A stretch of DNA of 64,000 nucleotides from the NCBI GenBank assembly GCA_903834925.1, contig CAILLA010000305.1:7115-71114 (forward strand), in the 5' to 3' direction. The notes under the pieces were generated by a model. That model ran no database searches. It saw only the letters and a list, made by a program, of their open reading frames with translations, and had not been told where the DNA came from. This stretch comes from an uncultured Schlesneria sp. Lineage in GTDB: Bacteria > Planctomycetota > Planctomycetia > Planctomycetales > Planctomycetaceae. Every line of letters starts with the position of its first letter. Position 1 is the stretch's first letter. The position numbers and the translations under genes were made by a program. Shown here one piece after another: positions 55,901 to 62,950 of this stretch.

Positions 55901-57042
55901 TCATCGACAACCAGGAGTACAAAGCAACTGTTATCCGGGTGTAACAATTCTTTGATAAACGAACTCTTAAGCAGTGCCGCACCTTCTTTGGCGTACAACG
56001 TCACTGGAGCCAGATCATCAGCAGATGACAATTCCAAAGCCAATCGAGTTTTCCCTACACCTGGCTCACCCAAAAGTCGAAGATGAGAAGTCACGCCTGA
56101 CCGAATTTCTTGCCGAAGCTCTTCAATTAGTTGTGTATGCTCAGGGCCATAATGAATTTGCGGCCCCATATCTTCATCGCAAGCCCAGGAATCTCTTGAT
56201 CGGAATTCTGCCTGATCAATTTTCAGAAGCCGTGAGCAAAGGCCTGGATACCTTCGGTAATGCCCAAGCAATTGGGTCTGCCCCCAAACCTCAACAGCGG
56301 CTTTTGGATACCCACAATCTGAAAAACACTTCCTTAAGTTCTTAACTGCATTACGATGATCGCCATCTATTGGGTCAATCCCAAAACAGATGAAAACGAT
56401 CCTTTTGCCCTCTTTTAGGGCATTCTGAATCTCAGACCCAAGATGCTTAAAGTCGACCGATCGGGATCCAAATAGTTCTTTCCTCACAACAGACAATTGC
56501 CAGAGTTTGAATTCGCCGGTTTTAATTTGGAATCGCGTACCCGCTGTCAACAAGTCATCTTGAAGTAGTGTGTATCCTTCATCCTCCAGAACAGATGCAT
56601 CGACACCGCCATCCGGTACATTTACCTTGCTGGAAATTGAAATCCGCGTTATCGGAACTTTGATTTCCGCAGCTCTTGCCCAAAGTAAATCCCGAAAGGC
56701 TTTGACAGCGTCCTGAGCAGTCAAGTCATTTAGAACTTGGTCGCTGAGATCGAACAAAGCTGTTCGACTGCCGACAAGCTTTGATCTGCTCTTCTTGAGG
56801 GCATTTGATCTACTCTTCTCAAGAAGCTTGATTTGCTTTCTGAGGGACTGAATGTAATCCCTGGTGGCATGTCTCTCACCCTTTTTCACCCGGCTGACCT
56901 GACTGGTGGTTACCGTCAGGATTCTTGCAATTTCCGCCTGGCTTAGACCGAAGTCAAGAAGGATATCAACCTGTTCGTTAAACTGAATATTGTCTGGATG
57001 AGTTAAATAGGCCCGGTCCATCTGCTTCCTCCCTGCTATCAA
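52993..57042 (-). CDS. HTH + Mrr-like nuclease + STAND/AAA P-loop NTPase + long helical-repeat C-terminus (Avs-like)
   Basis: XRE-like HTH (LSQAEIARILTVTTSQVSRVKKG), PDGGVDASV...RFQIKTG (Mrr-type D...Q-x-K), Walker A GEPGVGKT, Walker B LLVVDEC, and roughly 850 aa of Leu/Glu-rich repeats. Confidence 0.7.
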   Translation of the reverse strand: MIAGRKQMDRAYLTHPDNIQFNEQVDILLDFGLSQAEIARILTVTTSQVSRVKKGERHATRDYIQSLRKQIKLLEKSRSNALKKSRSKLVGSRTALFDLSDQVLNDLTAQDAVKAFRDLLWARAAEIKVPITRISISSKVNVPDGGVDASVLEDEGYTLLQDDLLTAGTRFQIKTGEFKLWQLSVVRKELFGSRSVDFKHLGSEIQNALKEGKRIVFICFGIDPIDGDHRNAVKNLRKCFSDCGYPKAAVEVWGQTQLLGHYRRYPGLCSRLLKIDQAEFRSRDSWACDEDMGPQIHYGPEHTQLIEELRQEIRSGVTSHLRLLGEPGVGKTRLALELSSADDLAPVTLYAKEGAALLKSSFIKELLHPDNSCFVLLVVDECPRADRAEIWNMLKSRSDRIKLITIDHGPEDSRDELTHVVQIEPVSPETIQSILMDHEIGENDAKRWAWFCEGSPRVAHVLGENLRLKNTDLLQEPTFVSVWNSFIAGYDSAISEQVKTRRKILRYISLFQQFGFQDQLAYEAKFIVSLIEGLTWDDFQSEIHYLKKRRIIQGGKTLYLTPKLFQIFLNKEFWDTHGSTFEISKIMERMPESLWRSFIEMLKYSHESATAEKAVERLLGRGGLIPENFFPDDPKLGYLILSLSEACPHHTLRCLQRTLGSMSVDQLRRFDDARQSIVWALERIAVWKDHFQGAVSLLLKLAEAENAKNTNNATGTFCSLFNLTPGMASTESDPSLRFEVLKEFLETGGPEIRRICLKACVSALSIHDGMRFVGPEHQGLRRTIEFWWPKTYEELWNAYQRVWGLLLELHSNWPDIDRVHLNSAILAVGHAGLTIPCLITPVMNALQLIEQDSVSDTKSLIRFLQIELRNRADKLPPEVIGTMKEIYNRLEGDTFSSRLKRYVKHVTSDDFHDHEFKPVDKVYRILDELADQIVKTPKLLVVEVDWLISESSNSVYGLGYRIAQRDATRKLLSTLVSAQERNANSQDVLFLAGYLSAIFQSNPSEWESHLLKLAKRKSLSPRISDLMIASGISDKLVTKVIDLCRKGMISFERLERWWFASQLRTLSSIVFEELISVQLEQGTASSWGNALQMCHTVSMENEEAPIDLPEDLLFRVLTSEAMGDRRIRNEVCFYWSRMAKRFIERFPNRKWELFERVLVVGSREWSTLMDLDGNQETVLTELIKSDPKQAFSCITKAFVETEDDRNRGLQSWLEHGYLKGITDHSPGPIQFLPAELLFSWIDSDVKKRGQWLARTLPQTFDMTPAGRLTRDFVARYGANDDIASSIHGRFHCRGWCGNPSDMYRHLRKEAQQWLANEKNNNVVRWLQDYIEGLSHSVERSEDEEERRFD

Positions 57043-57304
57043 TCCTATAGGCGAACTGTATACGCAACTTTTATTGCGTGCAATCAGTGTTGCGTCAAGA
57101 GCTTGCTAGAAGAAATCTCTTTTTCCGGAGGAGATGTCACGCGTAAGACATTATCCCAGTTTCACTTGCGTATTTTGTCCCACAAGCTTTTAGACACGGG
57201 GACCGGGCCGTTATCCAATCCCAGTCCAGCTGGATCAGGAGAACTTGCCGAGTTTGACTATCACTTCATGAAGTCGTTTGAGTTCGTTGAGTCTGATGTC
57301 AGGA

Positions 57305-57640
57305 TCATGTGTTCCTGACAGAGTTCGGGTCACGACCAATAACCAATTTCCTGGTTAGTCCAATCCCCTTAGTCTTTCCGCATTGCGGTAGACAAGGGGT
57401 CTGCTGTTCTGTGTTTTCGTTCGGTGATTTGATCAGGGGTGAAAAGGTCTCTGACAGGAACTTTCCGATGAAACTCTGGACATCCATTTGTCGAAGAGAA
57501 GCTTCGGCCTGCACCCGATAATAAATTGCCAAAGGGAGAAAGGCGTACACGCCTCTTGTCCCAGGGGGCTTTTTCCCGTCTTTACCTTTTCCGAACGGAT
57601 TGACGTGCGGTTCAACCGCTTCGTCACTTGTCATGCTCAT
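57305..57640 (-). CDS. hypothetical protein, possible ribbon-helix-helix fold
   Basis: RGVYAFLPLAIYYRVQAEASLRQMDVQSFIGKFLSE fits a beta-strand/helix/helix pattern. Confidence 0.4.
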   Translation of the reverse strand: MSMTSDEAVEPHVNPFGKGKDGKKPPGTRGVYAFLPLAIYYRVQAEASLRQMDVQSFIGKFLSETFSPLIKSPNENTEQQTPCLPQCGKTKGIGLTRKLVIGRDPNSVRNT

Positions 57641-57864
57641 GGTTTTCTTTCTTTTAGGAGAGGGATGGAAAAGACAACCACCTCAGATTCCAGACCGTAG
57701 GTCTATTCCTCTGAAGTGATTGTCATCTCTTTTCAAAGTACCCTGCCTTTGAGTTCTACTGTCTTGCTTGTCCTTCTATGAACCTGCTTCTTAACTTGAG
57801 TGTTATTCCTGTTCCTTTGGTTATGCATGTTCAATTCCTTTGTTTTGTTGTTCTTCTTCTAAAT

Positions 57865-58254
57865 CTACCTGTTATTTTCCTGGTTCTGATACTTCTCATT
57901 CAACTTCGAACTCAACTTCGAGTTGTGCTTTATTTTGAGCGTGTCGCTCGTTTTCTGTGGCAGCAACGCCAAGCTGGTTTTGGGTGGCTCCAACTGTAGC
58001 CATACGAGTTTGCCCACTTTGTTTGAATGATTGACAGCGGCCCCTGTTTTCTCATCCGCAGCAGCTTTGGCATCCCCGTCTCCACATGCAGATACCGCAT
58101 CCGCATCTCCTTTTATGGCCTGTGCTCCCCACGCAATATCGGCATGGACGTAATTCCATCCCATCCACAAGGCAAGGCGTTCCAAATGAAAAAAGCCCCG
58201 TGGCCCAAAAGGAACACGAGGCTGTGGCGATTTGACTTGAGAACGGTCAACCAC
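57865..58254 (-). CDS. hypothetical protein
   Basis: 129-aa ORF starting 9 bp after the stop of the DnaX-like gene. Confidence 0.35.
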   Translation of the reverse strand: MVDRSQVKSPQPRVPFGPRGFFHLERLALWMGWNYVHADIAWGAQAIKGDADAVSACGDGDAKAAADEKTGAAVNHSNKVGKLVWLQLEPPKTSLALLPQKTSDTLKIKHNSKLSSKLNEKYQNQENNR

Positions 58255-58262
58255 AATACATC

Positions 58263-59063
58263 TTAAATCAGCCTTCTTTTACGATTGCCAAGCGTCGCTG
58301 CTTGAGATTGTGGCCTCAAGGAACCAAAGAGTTCATCAAGGTATTCATCGGTGAGTTTTCCACCGGTTTCAGAAAGCACCTTCCGAGAAAACTCGCCTAA
58401 TGGACGCATTTCGCAGTTGTAAGCCTCGCTCACCCGTTCCAACTGTTGGCGAGAATTGAATGAAACCTGATGATTTCTCAACTGATTTTCGAGGAAATTA
58501 ACGGCTTCTTCTATTGTTGGTCTGGTGATCTCGTATTCGTAGGACAGAAGACGGCTTCGAACTGCTTCCTCGATCTCATCTGGATGGGTAGTCGCTAATA
58601 GGATTGTCGCTTTTGTACCTTCAAGCATCTTCCTGAACCGACGAAGTAAGTCAGGTTTCATATCTTGAAGTTCGTCGATAAACACTATTTCCCAAGGCCG
58701 CTGAAGAATGAGTTTTAGGTCGTCCAGTATTGCTTCCGTGACGTCCTCACCACCATATTCGTGATATTCGACAATTGGACACGTGGCATCATTTATGGCC
58801 TTCTTGCACATTGAACAAGAGTCACAAGGCTCGTACTCACCAACCTGTCGCCGCTGACAAAGCTTCGCTCTCGCAACGATACGAGCGAGTGTGGTCTTTC
58901 CTGAACCTATTGGACCATTCAAAAATATCACTTGTGATAACTTATTGTTTGCCAGCATCCCCGTAATGCGTTTCAGAACTTGTTTATTACCCACAACATT
59001 TTTGAAAAGTTGTGGGCGATCCCCGTCAAATGGTTTCGCCACCGTGTTGGTTTCACTCATCAA
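58263..59063 (-). CDS. DnaX (clamp-loader gamma/tau N-terminal)-like AAA+ ATPase, truncated
   Basis: FKNVVGNKQVLKRI..., Walker A NGPIGSGKTTLARIVA, a 4-Cys Zn module (LCQRR...EPCDSCSMCKK), Walker B VFIDELQDM, sensor-1 ILLATTHP and SRL in place of SRC (VRSRLLSY). The protein is only 266 aa. Confidence 0.7.
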   Translation of the reverse strand: MMSETNTVAKPFDGDRPQLFKNVVGNKQVLKRITGMLANNKLSQVIFLNGPIGSGKTTLARIVARAKLCQRRQVGEYEPCDSCSMCKKAINDATCPIVEYHEYGGEDVTEAILDDLKLILQRPWEIVFIDELQDMKPDLLRRFRKMLEGTKATILLATTHPDEIEEAVRSRLLSYEYEITRPTIEEAVNFLENQLRNHQVSFNSRQQLERVSEAYNCEMRPLGEFSRKVLSETGGKLTDEYLDELFGSLRPQSQAATLGNRKRRLI

Positions 59064-59206
59064 ATACTCTTTCTATTGGTTTAATTCGATGTGGGCGTAC
59101 CGCCCTCGTTCAGAACATGAAACAATTTCATGTCCCTTGGACTGCAATCCTGCAATCTCGCTTCATCTCCTTTTCTGATCAGTTGTTCCAATTGCAGCTA
59201 AAGATT

Positions 59207-60424
59207 TCAGTCGTCTGCAATCTCCTCAGCTTTTGGCAATCCTGAAAATGGGTTGTTGGCCCCAAAAGGAGGTGATCTGGATTCTGCAAATCGGTAGTAG
59301 ACTTGGATTCCTTGTCTTCGAATTCTTGCATGCTTTTGAGATTCACGTACGATCCGAGATTCAACAATCCCTTCGTCAATCAACTGCTTTAGGTGGGCCT
59401 TTACCGTGTTATGAGAGAGTCCCGTTTGTTCCATTCCCAGCGATCGTGTGAACACTTTTCTGCCGAAATCATTGTTATCTGGAATCGTGTTTTGATACTT
59501 TGGATCAGCAGCAAAGGCTTCGAACAGAATCGTTCCAGTTTCAGCGGCATAGGGAGTCAGTTTGGATAATTCCCTCGGGATAGGAAGTGAATTTAAGAGC
59601 TCTCGGGTTACCCTGTAGTCTGGAATCGTGATCGCTGTTTCAGAATCGCTTTTGAATTCACCGTTGACGTTGCTTAATTCAATTCTCAATGCAGCAGTCG
59701 CCATCAGGAGTCGATTCAGAATCAGAGCATCACTTGGCTTTATTCCCGCACGGAGCTGATCTCTGAAGGGGCATCTGTATTCCCGTCGATGCTTCACCTG
59801 AAGAAGAACTTGTCGAAGTTTTGTGAAAGCGGGGCTGGCTTCGGTGCCTTGCAGTCTTGAAAAGTGGTATCCGAATCCGCTGAGGGAACGGTCCGTTTGT
59901 CTTGCCATCAGAGATAGAGTTGGACCAATTTGTGGGAACCTGGTCTGCTTGTCGGAGATTGTCAAGACGGAGGGTGGAGAGACTCTCCCGGTGTCCCTTG
60001 TGGCTGCTTCCGATGCATATCGGACAAGATTCTCATGTAGGCTCCTGAGCACTACTACTTCTGTGTCCTTGAAATCAGCATCTACCAGATCCCGAAACTG
60101 TTTGATGGTATCAACATGTTTCACGGTTTCGGGAAGGATGTTGACCACTCTGTCCGTGATTAGACCTTCAGCTGCTGGATCATCTGAAAAGATTGCAAGA
60201 TTCAGCGGAATCCCTAGACGCCCTGAGGCAAGTGCCATGAATATCATTAGACTGATGCGGTCGACTCCGACTCCCAAATAATCTCCCAGAAGTGTGGCAA
60301 TTTCAGAAAGTGCATGGTCCCCAAGAATCTCAAACAGATGGTTTGGTTCGTTTGGACTTGTACTGATAAGATCAGTAGCGTTCCGCTCATCCACTCGAAG
60401 AGCTTGCCGTTCGTTTTCAGGCAT
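59207..60424 (-). CDS. hypothetical island protein with a C-terminal winged-helix-like segment
   Basis: 405-aa ORF. The C-terminal VKAHLKQLIDEGIVESRIV looks wHTH-like. No Walker motif is present. It overlaps the upstream HTH gene by 8 nt. Confidence 0.55.
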   Translation of the reverse strand: MPENERQALRVDERNATDLISTSPNEPNHLFEILGDHALSEIATLLGDYLGVGVDRISLMIFMALASGRLGIPLNLAIFSDDPAAEGLITDRVVNILPETVKHVDTIKQFRDLVDADFKDTEVVVLRSLHENLVRYASEAATRDTGRVSPPSVLTISDKQTRFPQIGPTLSLMARQTDRSLSGFGYHFSRLQGTEASPAFTKLRQVLLQVKHRREYRCPFRDQLRAGIKPSDALILNRLLMATAALRIELSNVNGEFKSDSETAITIPDYRVTRELLNSLPIPRELSKLTPYAAETGTILFEAFAADPKYQNTIPDNNDFGRKVFTRSLGMEQTGLSHNTVKAHLKQLIDEGIVESRIVRESQKHARIRRQGIQVYYRFAESRSPPFGANNPFSGLPKAEEIADD

Positions 60425-60794
60425 CCTGAACCTCGCCGCTGGTGATACCCTGATTGGAACGGAGAACTTCCAAAAGGTCTGTCCGCGTGTAAACGAACTT
60501 CCGCCCTATTTTTTGAGCTCTGATTGCTCCAGACAGCCTGAGGTCTCGGAGAACATGTTGCTTAACCCCACAAGCTTGGGCTGCCTCAGCCTCATCCAAA
60601 GCGATCCGCCCAATCGGCCAATCTAGGACGGAAAGGGTTTCCCGCAGTACTTCTTCAACGAGTTCTCGGAGTAGACTGCGGTCAAACGTCAGTTGTAGCG
60701 CCGCTGGGTTATGCGAGCTGCCGCTATCGGGAAATTGAATAGAAGAATGTGCCATTGAGAACCTCCAAAGTTTAATTGGAGGAGATTGTGGCAA
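60417..60794 (-). CDS. excisionase/AlpA/MerR-like HTH (HTH_17) DNA-binding protein
   Basis: LDEAEAAQACGVKQHVLRDLRLSGAIRAQKIGRKFVYTRTDLLEVL. An alternative start at 60755 is possible. Confidence 0.65.
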   Translation of the reverse strand: MPQSPPIKLWRFSMAHSSIQFPDSGSSHNPAALQLTFDRSLLRELVEEVLRETLSVLDWPIGRIALDEAEAAQACGVKQHVLRDLRLSGAIRAQKIGRKFVYTRTDLLEVLRSNQGITSGEVQDA

Positions 60795-60850
60795 TGGTCA
60801 CTTGCCAGGGACTTGCTCACAGGAAAGTTCTTGGGAACGTTGGGAGTACG

Positions 60851-61846
60851 TCAGTTTTCTGGATGAGATTCGATTCTCACTTTGTCATTGTTTATGACAA
60901 TTGTGAATGGAACTCCTTCATCAACAAAAAGTTTATTTGCACGGCTTGCACAAGTTCCGACTGCACCTTTTGGATTATTTGGGGTGTCTGACCATGCCTC
61001 ATCAATGACGTCTCGGATGTCTCGCCATTTGTCTCGCCTTTTCCATAAGGAGGTGACCAATTTTACTTGCTGAAGTTGAAGGGAAATCTGCCTCCCCTTC
61101 CAATAAAATGATCCCCCTGGTCCAGGACCGTCTTCTCGTGGAAGTTCCAATTCAGAGCTTTCTTGATTCTCCAAGCAATACTTCACCGCTTCTTGAAGCA
61201 GGATCATTGGTCGTTGATTGAGTTTGAGTTTCCTCTTTTTTCCGAAGTCCTCAATGAACCAAAACGGTTGCATCCACATTTGCAGAGAAAACCCGTCAGG
61301 ATATCCGAATTTGTTTGGATTTTTAGCAGCTGCACACCACCAAAGGAGACGAGCACCAAAAACATGGGGTCCGCCTAGCAAGGTTTCGTATTCAGAAACA
61401 CTGAGCGGTGGCCTGTCTGGGAGCAGTTCACGTTTGAACTCAACCTTTCTGGAAGGACGTTGGTGGACCGGGGCTTTCGTCAGCCCTCCTCGGATTGCCA
61501 AAATCGATTGTTTGCCTATCTTGGTGATTTCATCTACGAAAGTGCCGCAAAGCTCAATGAGCCGGTCGAACTGATCAAGGTGTCTGAGCATGGCTTGATT
61601 TCGTAGCCATCGTGACCAGTAATAGGCTTCTTCAGTTTCTGAAATTTCCTGAGTATCGAGCTTTGTTCTCAGATCCTTCAAATAGTCAAAATACTCATTT
61701 TCAAGGTCGTCAGTCACCACAAACGGTTGTAGAAAAAAAGTGAAATTCTTCAGGTTTCCAGCAGCGGTTTCCAGCGAGTAATTCTTGGCATTTTGGTTTG
61801 ACTTTGAAGGCATTCCGTGATTTCCAACGGGTTTGAGTGGCCCCAA
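60851..61846 (-). CDS. hypothetical island protein
   Basis: 331-aa ORF. It is the first gene inside the right island end, and its start abuts the GTTCTACA motifs. Confidence 0.5.
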   Translation of the reverse strand: MGPLKPVGNHGMPSKSNQNAKNYSLETAAGNLKNFTFFLQPFVVTDDLENEYFDYLKDLRTKLDTQEISETEEAYYWSRWLRNQAMLRHLDQFDRLIELCGTFVDEITKIGKQSILAIRGGLTKAPVHQRPSRKVEFKRELLPDRPPLSVSEYETLLGGPHVFGARLLWWCAAAKNPNKFGYPDGFSLQMWMQPFWFIEDFGKKRKLKLNQRPMILLQEAVKYCLENQESSELELPREDGPGPGGSFYWKGRQISLQLQQVKLVTSLWKRRDKWRDIRDVIDEAWSDTPNNPKGAVGTCASRANKLFVDEGVPFTIVINNDKVRIESHPEN

Positions 61847-61847
61847 A

Positions 61848-61873
61848 AGTTCTACAGGAGTTCTACATTTTTC
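61848..61873 (+). promoter_or_regulatory. tandem (A/G)AGTTCTACA motifs (candidate integrase arm-type sites), right end
   Basis: AAGTTCTACAgGAGTTCTACATTTTT, in the same orientation as the pair at the left end. Confidence 0.5.
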
Positions 61874-61971
61874 GCCAACGACAGACTTTTCCAGGCGACC
61901 CTCGGCTACGGAAACACTTGTATTTTCGGGCTTTCTGGTTTAATTTTGTCGGCTGACGTAGGCTGGGCCAA

Positions 61972-62040
61972 GATTCAAAATCCAGTGTCAGCAATGACGT
62001 GTGGGTTCGAGTCCCACCATCGGCACTATACTGCGAATGG
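61972..62040 (+). repeat. attR: partial tRNA-Leu 3' copy (not a functional tRNA)
   Basis: It matches 27796-27865 except for the 6-nt variable-arm loop, one 1-nt indel and one substitution. It lacks the acceptor 5' strand and the D-arm. Confidence 0.85.
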
Positions 62041-62146
62041 AATGCGGAGCATGGTTGAAATCTAGGAGGGCGAACGCCGACCGGATCTTCACCGTGGGAT
62101 CGGAACCGGAAGTGCTGCTGTATGCCCAGCGAAAAAACGTGGGCGC

Positions 62147-62950
62147 TTGTTTGACACCCCCTTAACCACTGGTGATGCGGTGCAGGCAGCTACAATTCGG
62201 GCATTTGACCGCGATTCGGCTCCAATCAAGCCAACCCTTAGCGTTGTTATGCCGGCCTACAACGAAGAAGGCGCGATCGCCGGTTCAGTCGCGGATGTTC
62301 GAGAGTTCGTTTTCCCCCTTGTCTCGTCGGCCGAACTGGTCGTTGTGAACGATGGAAGTCGAGATCAGACTGGACCGATCCTCGACAAGTTGACCACTCA
62401 AGACGCGAGAGTCCGTGTGATCCACCAGGTGAACGGCGGTCACGGCAATGCGTTGATCACCGCAATGAACGCCGCCACGGGAGACTGGTTGCTGTTGATC
62501 GATAGCGACCGACAGATTCCGCTGGAGAGTTTCGCCCCGCTCTGGGCGCTGCACGAAAACAATGACGCGGTGTTTGGAGTACGGAGGCGACGTCACGACC
62601 ACTGGATTCGCAAAAGCCTGACCCGGATCATTCGTTTCGTGCTCAGGTTGCTATTTCGGACAGCGATCTATGACGCGAATATCCCATTTAAGCTCCTTAA
62701 ACGGGACGATTGGAAGCTCGCCAGCGAGATCATCCCGAAAGACACGTTGGCTCCATCACTTTTCCTCGCCATCTTTTTATACCGGGCAAAGCGTAAGATC
62801 GCGGAGGTCGATGTGCCGCATCGTGACCGCGAAACGGGGACGGTATCGATCCGAAGTTGGAAACTGGCTCGATTTTGCTGGAAGGCGTTCGTCCAGCTCT
62901 TAAGCTTTCGCAGACGAATGGAAACATGGATCTCGCAAAAAAAATCGTAG
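62147..62950 (+). CDS. family 2 glycosyltransferase
   Basis: LSVVMPAYNEEGAI...VVNDGSRDQT...LLIDSDRQ (DxD region). Confidence 0.85.
   Translation: MFDTPLTTGDAVQAATIRAFDRDSAPIKPTLSVVMPAYNEEGAIAGSVADVREFVFPLVSSAELVVVNDGSRDQTGPILDKLTTQDARVRVIHQVNGGHGNALITAMNAATGDWLLLIDSDRQIPLESFAPLWALHENNDAVFGVRRRRHDHWIRKSLTRIIRFVLRLLFRTAIYDANIPFKLLKRDDWKLASEIIPKDTLAPSLFLAIFLYRAKRKIAEVDVPHRDRETGTVSIRSWKLARFCWKAFVQLLSFRRRMETWISQKKS

Larger units (their letters stand above)
27796..62040. mobile_element. integrated genomic (defence-type) island at tRNA-Leu, ~34 kb
   Basis: Bounded by the attL/attR repeats. It has an integrase at the left end and an excisionase-like HTH at the right end, and carries DUF932 and Cas4-like nuclease genes typical of integrative elements. 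Housekeeping genes flank it on both sides. Confidence 0.85.

Noticed and set aside
61972-62027. Second tRNA-Leu gene
   Set aside because: Only the anticodon-loop-to-3'-end portion is present, and the acceptor 5' strand and D-arm are missing. It is interpreted as the attR remnant.
27796-62040. Prophage or ICE interpretation of the island
   Set aside because: No terminase, portal, capsid, tail or lysis genes are recognisable in any ORF, and no relaxase, coupling protein or T4SS genes either. It is better described as a non-autonomous integrative or defence-type island. Mobilisation by a helper cannot be excluded.
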